Shown: piece after piece, positions 1 to 10,800 of the stretch | Layout: every line of letters starts with the position of its first letter | How positions within the stretch are numbered: the stretch's first letter is position 1 | From: Protoeuglena noctilucae | Taxonomy: Eukaryota | Reading direction: 5' to 3' | DNA: 64,000 bases | Assembly: GCA_958009085.1 (NCBI GenBank) | Contig: OY253686.1 | Location: forward strand, 248,001 to 312,000 | Translations under genes and position numbers: made by a program | Notes under the pieces: model-generated | The model's database searches: none | What the model was told of the DNA's origin: nothing | The model's input: only the letters and a program-made list of their open reading frames with translations

Positions 1-3000
1 TGCCACATCGCATCAACGCAGGCGCGCGGCGCAGCGGAGGTGCCCGAGTGTGGACAGGGACTCACCAGACCCTAGGACGCGGCGCGTTCTCGAACCGCGC
101 CACCAGACGGCTGCCGCGAAGGTGCTTCTGGGACACAGCACGCCCCGAGACCCCACCGGGCGCGAGGCCGGCCGCGGGGCGCCCGACGGCCGGCCTCGTG
201 CCTGTTGGGGTCTCCTCGCACCGGTTGGTGCGCGCGGAGTACAAGGCCCCCCATGCGCCGGAGGATGTGCATGTGAAGAAGACCTGGAAGGATTACGGCT
301 GGCGTGATCCCCACTGGGAGAAGTTTGGCGGGGCAAGCGCGTGGTCCGTGGAGACCGAGACGTTCCACACCTACAAGTGAGCTCTTTATTCGAGTGGTTG
401 CAGCGGTATATCTTGAGGTCCTGTGCTGTACTGTTGTCGAGTTGCACACAGCGCGTCCTGCGGCCGCCTTACAGGGCCCCATTGTGTGCGAGCAACCCAG
501 CGAGCGAGCACATGCAGACGGCCGTGCGTCGCACCCCCGCAGGCACCCGAGCGAGATCATCCAGCACGAGCTGATCGAGTCGCTTCTGGAAAGTACAAAG
601 GACGCGGCGAAGGACCACGCGCGCGTCCGCGAGATCCTGCACAACGCTCGGTGAACCCTGCGTGTTTCCCGCGCCCGCCGCGCCTCTGCCTCTGCCGCTC
701 CCGGCCGCTTCAACCTCTCCTGCGCTCTGTTATTCCAGGGAGCGTGCATTCCTCAAGGACTGGCAGCCCATCACGGGCGGCGGGGAGTACGTGCAGGGTC
801 TTTCTTACGAGGAGATGGCAACACTCCTCAACACCGACCCGGAGGACGAGTCGCTGATGCAGGAGATCTTCGATACCGCGTTTGCGATCAAGGAGCGCAT
901 CTACGGCAACCGCATCGTGCTCTTCGCGCCCCTGTACCTCGCCAACCACTGCATGAACGACTGCCAATACTGCGCCTTCCGCGTCAAGAACAAGGGCATC
1001 GAGCGGTGAGGCGGCGGGGCGGTAGATACGCGCAGGGGGATGCAACGCGAGTGATGGGAGGCGTGGCAGCTTCGCGGTTATGCGAGAGAGGCAGCTTTTT
1101 ACGCTCCAATGTCGCGGCCACGTTTGCGCCGCCCCACGACCACCACAGCGCCATCTTACCCACCCCACCAGCACCTCACCTTGCCCCCCGCAGTGTGTCG
1201 ATGACGCACGACGAGATCCGCCGCGAGGTCGAGGCCCTGGAGCGCATGGGTCACCGCCGCCTGCTGGTGCTGACGGGGGAGAGCCCCAAGTACACGTTCG
1301 ACACCTTCCTGGGGGCACTCAAGGTCATCAAGGTGAGAGCGGCCGTATAGCAGAAAGCATCAAGTGCCTTTCCCTCACAAGCGCCCCCACTGCCACCCGC
1401 AGTGCCACCCGCAGTGCCCCCCCCCCCCTGCCACCCCCCCTGCCACCCCCACTGTCACCCCCACCCTCCCCATACCTCCCCATTTCCCCAGGACGTGACC
1501 ACGGAGCCCTGCGGCTCCATCCGCCGCATGAACGTCGAGATCCCCGCCCTGTCCGTTTCTGACATGAAGCGCCTCAAGTCCCTCGACTGCGTGGGCACCT
1601 TCACGCTCTTCCAGGAGACTTACCACCGGCCCACCTTCGAGCAGATGCACCTCGCGGGGCCCAAGGTGAGGGGAGAATGAGGGAGGGTGTGGGGTTGTGT
1701 GGGGCTAGGCGTGGCACGCTGTGGTTGAGTGGCTGAGCAGATGAACCTGGCTGGTGCTGACCATGGACAGTGCTCTCCCTCCCTCTCTCACTTCCCATAC
1801 GCAATCTAGTCTCACAATACTCATATCTCTCTCCACCCCACCTGCAGTCCGACTACGACCACCGCGTGCTGACCATGGACCGCGCCTTCCGCGGCGGCAT
1901 CGACGACGTGGGCGTGGGGGTCCTGTTCGGACTCCACGACTACCGGTTCGAGTGCATGGCGCTGCTGATGCACGCCAACCACCTTTTGGAGGAGTACAAG
2001 GCCGGGCCCCACACCATCTCGGTGCCGCGGATGAGGCCGGCGGACGGGTCAGAGGTGTCGGGTGAGCGGGGGGGTGCGGAGAGAAGGGGAGGGGAGGGGC
2101 AATGCACCGGTGGGTAAGGGTGGGTGGGTGTATTGACGAGATAGGGATACAGTCTGTCACAGTATGGGATCCGACACGTGTTGCTCATGAGGGACGGAGA
2201 CCATAACGAGTCGCGCATCCACCGTCCCGACACCGCTGGCCTCCCCACACCCCGTCACCACCTACCCGCCCCTCGCCCCATCCCATTCTCTACCCTAACA
2301 ACAACAACACCCCCCGCACCCACCTCCAGTGGGCCCCCCTGCCCCCGTGGACGACGAGCACTTCAGGAAGATGGTGGCCATTCTGCGGGTGGCGGTCCCC
2401 TACACCGGCATGATCCTCAGCACCCGCGAGTCCCCCGACATGCGCCGCCACCTGCTGCGTGTTGGCATGAGCCAGATGTCCGCGGGGAGCCACACGGATG
2501 TCGGTTCGTATCACAGGGAGGGCGCCAACGAGCAGACCAACGCGGACCTGGGTGGCGACAAGATGAAGGGGCAGTTCACGCTCATGGACCACCGGCCGGT
2601 GAATGAGATCGTGGCGGATCTCATGCAGGAGGTGAGGGGCGGTGGGTGGTGTGTGTGGGGGTGGTGGGTGGTGCTAGCGGTGACGGTGGCACCAGCACGC
2701 CACACGTCGTCTTCCATATCGATGGACAGCCTGACCAAGGACCCAGCCCTTTCATCAAACAGCATATACATATCAGGCAATCAATCCTTCTCTACTACCC
2801 ACAAACACCCGCAGGGCTACGTCCCCTCCTGGTGCACGGCCTGCTACCGCAAGGGCCGCACGGGGGAGGATTTCATGAAGATCGCGAGGGCGGGGGAGAT
2901 CCACAACTTCTGCCACCCCAACTCGTTGCTCACGCTCCAGGAGTACCTGAAGGACTACGGGACCGAGGAGGAGAGGGAGCTGGGGCAGCAGGTAAGGGTG

Positions 3001-3315
3001 TTTGTGGGGGTGCGAGGGGGGTGAGGGACGTGCTGGGGTAGGAGGTGAGGGATGGGTGGGCTTTGGGGGCGCAGAGGGGGATGAGGAGTGTGCTGGGGTA
3101 AGGGTGACAGGGGGCAGCGTCTTGGCACGCAGCACTGTCTCTCTGACCCTTGCTTTTCCTCTGAACCATGACGCATCACCACCCACCCCCTCTCCCTCCC
3201 CTTTCCGCAGTTGATTGAGAAGGAGTCGAAGGTCAACCTGTCGGAGAAGGCCCAGAAGAAGCTCCAGGCGGGGCTGGAGCGCATCCGGAGGGGGGAGCAC
3301 GACGTCTACATGTGA
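1..3315 (+). CDS. HYDG: [FeFe]-hydrogenase H-cluster radical SAM maturase HydG (5'-partial, about 9 exons in window)
   Basis: Spliced exons give IYGNRIVLFAPLYLANHCMNDCQYC (CX3CX2C radical SAM motif), FQETYH, GVGVLFGL, PHTISVPRMRP, LRVAVPYTGMILSTRE and the C-terminal CTACYR...FCHPN (CX2CX22C). Stop TGA at 3313-3315. The frame is open from the window start. Confidence 0.96.
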
Positions 3316-4297
3316 AGGGAGTGCGACACGGGGAGCACGACGTGTACATGTGTGCCGCCCGCGTCAACACAGGGACTCCTTGTGTCGACGTGTCGAGCGC
3401 TCACGTGCTTCTGTTGTGCTATCCCCACCTGGCCTGCTCTTGCCCAGGCAGTGCCGCTCGCCCAACGGCACCCAGCACCGCACAGCGCTCCGCAGTCAGC
3501 GCCGACCGTGCTGCGACCCCGTCTGCGCCTCCCTTTTCATCCCCACCCGACCTAAGAGTTGCCGCCGTTCGCCTTTGTTCGCTTCTGTCCATCCTTGCTA
3601 TCGAGTTGTGCATGTTCCAAGGCCCCCACCCTCTCCTAGCCACCAAGCCCACCTAGCTCTGCCCATAGCCCACCCGTCCTATCTCGTTCCGCCGCCCCCA
3701 CCTAGCCGACGCGGCTGTGTCTAGCGCCCGGTTCTCGTGCTGCGGCCCGGTGAGACTCGATCCCTTTGGCGTCGCGCGGCCCCATTTCAAAGAAGAGCGC
3801 GCGACTTTGTGAGAGGTCAGCAGGGCACCGACGCAGACCACGCTACGCGCATGCCACACTATGCGCAAAACGCATCAGGTGTAGGGATCGCACAGTGGCG
3901 CCTGATGCGAAGCCACACGCCCCACGCACACGCAACCGTCGGCCGCCCAGCGCCAATAGCTGCCGCCCTGCAAGTGCTGCCTAGCCCCTGTGCTCATTCA
4001 CAGGCACGCGTGGCCCAGGGCAGCGGGCATGGTGTGAAGCTACGACCACCACAGCGGCATGCCCTACCGTGCCTGGCGTGTGCTCACACCCGCCACCCGC
4101 AACCCCTGGCCCACCCCACGCACATGCACACCCGTCCACTCCCTCACGCACTCACCCCTCCTCGCCCACGTCTGCACCACTCACAGCTCCAGCCACCGTG
4201 CGCAGAGACGGGGGGTCGCATCGCGGGAGCCCAAAGGTGGGAAAGGCCGTGCGTAGAGAACTGGCCAGTCGAGGATGTAGCAGAGCACCTGTTGTCC

Positions 4298-7017
4298 TCA
4301 GGGCTGGGGCACCTGAGGGAAAGGAGAGGGTGGCAGCGAGTGTGGCACGCAGTAATAGTGGCCGAGCAAAACTTGCGCCCCGAGCTCATGCCCCATGCCG
4401 CATCCCATCCCCAACGCGCCCCTCGCCTGCATGACTTGCGCCCTCATCCCACCACTCATCCCATTCCCAGCGCGCCCCTCACCTGCATGACTTGCACCCA
4501 CCCTCACCCCCACTGTCCTGCGCCCCTCGCCTGCATGATTTGCGCCCTGAGCTCGGGCCGTATGAGCCCCTGCCTCTCGATGTGGACGGCCACGAACTTA
4601 AGGAAGGAGACCTGCTCTGCCGAGTCGAGCATCACAAAAGTGTCGAAGAGTCGGTTGACGTTGGGGAGGAGCACAAAGGTCTTGAGGTACACGTGCACGA
4701 AGATGCCCATGATGATCTGGCAGTCCATGCGGTCTGGGGACGGGCGAGGAAGACATGGCGTCGGTAATAGGGGCAATAGGAATGGTTGGGCTGAGTGATT
4801 TGAGCTGCAGAAGCTTCTGATACATGCAGCAACTCGATCCTTTGCCTTGCTCCCACCGACTCGCATGTCGCCTCCCATTCCACCCTCACCTGTCATGCCA
4901 CCTCTTGCACACTCCAGACCATTCTTTGCTAGACGGAATCGATCAAGGCAGCAACTCAATCCTCGTCTCAACCACATCCGCATATTGAATCCCATCGCAC
5001 CCTCACCCGTCATGCCCCCGTGCCCGGGGATCGAGTCCCCGAAGTCCTTCACCCCGAACGCCCGCTTGAAACCGCTGGCGAAGAACCCACCAAAAGGGGC
5101 GATGAGGGACGCGAAGAGAGATACGGCGACGGCGTGGAGCTGGATGGGGACGATGGTGGCGCTGAGGGTAGGGGGTGAGGGCGGTGGTGGTGGAAAAGTC
5201 GTGGGCGAGCAAAATATGATATGGGTCAGGATGGCATGATGATTGGCGATCGCGCAAATTTAACAATAATAAGTAATATTTGAACCTATGATGTATATTT
5301 GTACCAATAATTATGGGTGAATATTTATTGTACATAATGTTTTTAGTAAATTTATCACTGAAAATAACGACCAACTCCTCACCTGAGCGACATGGCCCTG
5401 GCCGAGAGCCACGTGGGCATGAGCTTGCCGAAGAGGGCGGCGATGTCGCGGGTGAGTGGGATGTAGTGGACGACGTCCTTGGCCGTGACCAGGATGGGCT
5501 GGTAGATGAGGGAGCGGGTGCAGTGGAGGGGGCCGAAGACTGCGGGAGCACAGAGGGTGCGGGGGTGAGGGTGGCACACGTGGCGGTGGGGCACATGAGC
5601 CAGTGGCGCGTCATGCAAGCGCACAGTTGGTGTTATACATACCTAATCAGTTATCAAAAATGTATATATTATTTATTGATATCATCAATAATAATTGCTC
5701 CTCGTCACACCTGTGAGGTCGTCCCTGGGGCACACGAGCCAGTCGTACTGGGAGAGCCACTTGGAGAGGAACCACGACACGGCCACGGTGCTGAGGGCCC
5801 CGCCGACGAAGCCCTCCCACGTCTTGGAGGGCGACAGCTGCGGGGGTGGAAATGGAAGCGGCGATGGGTTTAAGTTACTGACCATTTACAAAATTATGAT
5901 AAGTGCTTACAAGCACCTCGGCAGCTCGGCAAGAAAACAAGATACTTGTTATTCCCTAAATAATCCGCACCAATGCTCGCCTTGATGAGGGGCGTGCGGC
6001 CCCAGAGGACCCCGAAGAAGTACGCGAAGGTGTCATTGATCATGATGAGGATGGCCGGGAGTAGGAACCAGACGATGCCGCCCTCGAAGAGCGACGAGAC
6101 GATGAGGGAGGAGGGGATAAAGGTGCACAGGAGCACCATGTGCGTCCACGCGAAGTTCATAAAGTCGCCCATCGACTGCCCGGGCTCCAGGTGGAGCACG
6201 AACGAGATGACGCCGGCGATGTAGGCCATGAAAGACCTGTCGAAGAGAGGAAAACGCATGCGATGAGGTCAGCGGAGCAGCGGGGGAGCGAGCGGGACGC
6301 GAAGAGAGCGCAGCGGTGTTCGCGACTCGCATGAGGGCGTGGTACTTGAGCGCGAGCTTGATGACGTGCGTGAGGAGCCAGTCCGAGTTAAGCACGACGA
6401 CCTCCACCATCAGGTTCCGGCGTATGTAGCGGCCGTAGAGGTAGAAAGCCGCGGTCCAAAAGAAGAGCCACTGGTGCCACCAGAAGCTGGGCTTGTAGTC
6501 CGCGGCGCTCTTCGTGCGCTGAACCTCAAAAATCTCCTGAAGAGGAGACGAGCGAAGCAGGGGAGTGCGACGCATGCGGGCGAACTGTGAAGCGCGAAGG
6601 GTCGCTAGCGCGTGCGACCCTCGCAAAGCCCCGGGAGATGCGCGCTCACCCTCGCGATGATGACTTGAAAGGCGAGGAGCATGACCCAGAGGAAGACGTG
6701 GCCGCCGTAGACGGTGAGGGCGAGTCCCACGGCCATGACGACCGACGACACCACGCGGGTGCGCATCTTGGTCAGGATCTTCTGCCATTTGCTGCCGCCG
6801 TCCGGAGCGACCCGACGGGAGTCCCTGGCGCCTGCGGGGACCGCGGCGCTGGCTCGGGGTCGACGCGCGGGACGGGCACGGCCCCGCAGGCTAACCGCTA
6901 GGGAATGCGGGCGGCCGCGGGAGCGGATCGGGCACAGGGCAGATGATTCAGCGATATCACGAGTGGTAGAGCGGCGAGCGCACCTCTGCCGGGGGACCCG
7001 TCCCTCCCCTTCGCCAT
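4298..7017 (-). CDS. CDS: Phosphatidate cytidylyltransferase (CDP-diacylglycerol synthase), eukaryotic type
   Basis: Exons give [68 protein letters not shown]. The first and last exons are approximate. Confidence 0.93.
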
Positions 7018-7489
7018 GGCCGGCCCGCACCCACTGTTGCACCAGAGAGCGTCCCTACGGCGCCTGGAGGCGTCGCGCGCCGGCCAAGCGCGCCGTAGCC
7101 GAGGTTCTGTGGAGATGCAGAAACAGCGCAACGAAGATTTCTGCCGGATGTGCGAGCGAATGGACGCAGAAGGACGCAGAGACAAAGACGCGGAGGGGCC
7201 CTCGCCTGGCGCGCCCCGTGTCCCACAACCCAGGCGATTGCGAGGGCGCGTTCTAGATGCGTGACGGGTGCGATTAAGGAGCCCTTGGAGCGTGTATCTG
7301 GGTCAGCAGACCCTGCGTTGGTAGCGCGCAGGGTGAGAAGACGGGTGTAGGGGCAGGGAAGCTTCAACGGAGTTCGCGGCGTGTCTCTTTGCGTATGTTC
7401 AACAGGTCAGACCTAGTACTTGTCGAATCGTCGCCCAATCGCTTCGGGTGTTGCCCAGCGCCAGACACAGTCGCAGCCCATGCCTGAAG

Positions 7490-7560
7490 AAGCAGCGTTG
7501 TCACTTACTACGGCATCTCAGCACGCGCCTCGCCGGGCCAGTCGAACGAACGCATAAGTC
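7490..7560 (+). repeat. Degenerate ~70-bp direct repeat, copy 1 (partner at 20828-20905)
   Basis: Shared blocks gcgttgtcactt...ctacggc.tctcagcacgcgcctcgccgg...tcgaacgaa, with a 21-nt identical core at 7516-7536 and 20861-20881. Confidence 0.85.
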
Positions 7561-7856
7561 AACAGCGGGACATCATGCACATCCCCCGCCGTGTCGCTCT
7601 GCGACGGAAACGTGCTACGATTGAGCCGTCCCTCCCACCCGCGCTCCCAGCTCCTCTCGCCAGCAGTCATCCGTCTCGTGCTCCTCCTGTTGCTCCCCCA
7701 ACCCACACTGCCTCCCAAATACGCCCACGCAACCCTGCATGCGAAGGCATCCGCGGTTTGGACCAAGGCTATGGCGTAGGGACAGTTGACTGTACCAAAA
7801 CCAATTTGAGAAGACATTCCTGGCTCACCTTGCAAGTGAGCCTCGGGGTCCAACGA

Positions 7857-10800
7857 TCACGCTCGACATCCACTCGTAGAACCCTTCCCACAGTTAGATA
7901 TGTTGCAGCCGATGTGTTGGAGACTTCCAGAGATGCACCACAGGCCGTAAAGCTTGCAGCCCTTGATCTTGACGTCCCGCACTTCAGCGTGCCCGCCCTC
8001 TTGGCAGCACACCCCACGTTTGGACTTCGCGATGCTGCCGCCCCGTACAACCGCTTTCCCCTGGCGGAGGCTTAACACACCGCTATCCTTGCATCCCGTG
8101 ATGGTCACGTTTTGCATGTCAGCGTGCCCGCCCTCTTGGCAGCACACCCCACGTTTGGACTTCGCGATGCTGCCGCCCCGCACAACCGCTTTCCCCTGGC
8201 GGAGGCTTAACACACCGCTATCCTTGCATCCCGTGATGGTCACGTTTTGCATGTCAGCGTGCCCGCCCTCTTGACAGCACACCCCATCTTCGGTCTCGGC
8301 AATGCTACCGCCCCGCACCACCACCTGGCTTCCCTGGCCGTGGCTGAACACACCGCTCTCCTTGCAGCCCGTGATCATCACGTGCCACACCTCCGCATAC
8401 CCGCCCTCTTGACAGGACACCCCGTGTTATGCGGACCCCACAATGCTGCCACCCTCAATGATGACATTGCTCCCCTGACCGTGACAAAACACCGCAGACC
8501 TAGGGGCATCGCTTACTTTCACGTTCTTCAGCAAAACCGAGCCGCCCTTCTCGCAGTGTATACCCGTCCCCACCACCGTTACCTCCACCAGTCGGATCTC
8601 CCCCCCCCCATGCTTGCAAAGCGCGTCCTTTGCCAATGTCAGGGCTCCGTACCCTTAACATCCCGTTCCGCACGGTCACCACCTTGCCCGACCCAGCCAC
8701 CACCTTCGTTCTCAGCTCCACCTCATTCCCCCCCAGATCCGCCACCTGCCCCGTGTCCACAGCTTCTAGCAACTGTTCCTCCGTCTGAACAGCCTTCACA
8801 GGTCCGCTGCTCTTATCCTTAATTGGTACTGCAGAGAGAAGACACGAGCAGTGGATAGAGTTAGAAACTCTCCCATCGCCCGATAGACGTCAGAGCGCCT
8901 GTACCCTCGAGCGAAGCACTCACTGTGAATGTTTTCGTCTGCTGCCGTCTCGAGGTCGCTCCTTGCCAGCATGTGCCCCAAACCACGCCCGTCCAGGATT
9001 GCCTGGACCTCCTTCTTCTTACCCCGCACCAGCCTCCTCAGTGCTTGGCGCCGCAGGACGCTCCCAAAATTCGTCTTCCCCGCCCATACTTGCACCGCAG
9101 CCAGCAGACCCTGGGCACGCAAATGCCCCATGGCGTTCAGCCATGCACTCCACGCTTTGCTCGCCTCGTAAGCAGGACGGGTGCCTGCAGGACGTGGCTG
9201 AAGAGCGACAGCACTCTCGGGTACGGGCAAATCTGGATCGTCCATAGCTCGTCTTAGGGTCCTGAGGTTGACCAGGAGCCTAGGTGCACCTGAGGGCTTA
9301 GGACTCCCTCCTTCCGTGCTCTGACCCGCAGCCTCCCACTGCGCCTGCAGCACGCCGTTGGCCTCCCGTTCCGACAGCAACACCACGCCATCAGAAAGCA
9401 GCAGCAGGGCGTCGGGAATTTGGAGGAACTGAATTTCCATACATATATCATGGTCATAACTCTTTTGTACGCATTGCACAAAATTTTTGGTCACGAACAC
9501 CCCCACTGGCCATGGCATAGTTCCCAGGTTCACGTCGCTCGAAGTCACCCAGCTGGCCAGTTCTGCCAAAGAAATGGTCCAGCCCACCAGTTTCTGCGAG
9601 GATAGGATGAAACACAATCTGGCCCTGCACAGTGCACTGGCGGCATGCCATGCACTGCTGCTGCCTCCTGCTTACCTCGATATCCTTCGCGGACGTCACG
9701 GAGAGCGCTATTTTGTAATCCTCCCAATCACTCTCCTCAACTGGCTCCATCCGCGGAATCTGCTCAGCACAGAACCACGCGGGAGCGGTTTAGCTGCGCA
9801 TTCTTCCAAGAGTCCCTCAACAGCTGCTGCGGCCAATCCATGAGCATGGCTACTCGAGCAATAAACTTTTGATTCTCAGTACAAGCACTCCACCTTCCAT
9901 GCCACACCTGCTCCTCTTTCTCTTTCTGCGTTTGATTCTCCGTCGCCAACTCACGCTCGTGTTGCTCATCGTGCCTTCCTGTTAAGAGCACCTTCACCCC
10001 CCTGCCCATCCCATTCCCCTTCTCCTCGATACTCGACACCACAGAGTCCCACTCCCCATAAGTAAATCCCCTCGCCTGCTTCACCCTCTCTGCCAGCGCA
10101 TCCGGCACATTCTTCTCCTCCACCGCCCTACCGTACATCTTCTCAAGCCCCACCACGTCATTAAGCAACGCCTGTTTCGGATCAGCGCGCGATCGAGCAT
10201 ATTGTATTCCCTGCTGGGCCCAGTCCAGGATTCCACGCTCCATGGACGCTGCTGTGTTGCGCACCACCCACTCCAGCACATCCTTAGAAGACACCTCCCC
10301 CGCGTCGCCATCACCAGGCTGCACCCGGCACTCGCGAACTCGCTGTTCGACCTCCGGGGTCCCCGCCAGCAACACACGCTGCCCCCGGTCCAGCTGCCGC
10401 ATGCGTCCGGCCGCCTGCACCAGCTTGTCCCGGCACATGCCTGGGCCGAGCGTCAGCAGCGCCTTAGCATCCGGCCGCAACCGCTTGTCCACGCCTCGGC
10501 ACCTCGCCTCGTCAAACACCACGAACGTGTCATGCTCTGCCACCGCGGACCACCCGACGTCATCGCACCGCCCGTCCAGCTCCAGGATGCGCCATGTGCC
10601 CCGTTTCTGATCGAAGAAGCAAACACCATCTAGGCGCTGACCCTGATCACGGTCTTGCACATTCTTCAGCTCCTCCACCAATGCCTTTGCCACTTGGAAG
10701 CTGTTCGAGCCAGCAAGGAGTGCCCCCGCGTCGATTAGGGCGTGCACCCTCCTTGACACCGCCAGAGACAGCACTTCCTCCCAGTCAGCCTTCACGGACA

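Noticed and set aside
3737..4798. 353-aa plus-strand ORF
   Set aside because: It overlaps the CDS 3' exons on the opposite strand and UTR sequence, with no protein-like motifs.
7984..8391. CRISPR-like array
   Set aside because: Contiguous in-frame coding repeats with no unique spacers, in a eukaryotic gene.
8427..8429. In-frame TAA as evidence of a non-standard genetic code (TAA=Gln)
   Set aside because: TAA and TAG end other genes here (PDH at 39983, TPR-like gene at 34448), and no conserved exon contains in-frame TAR codons.
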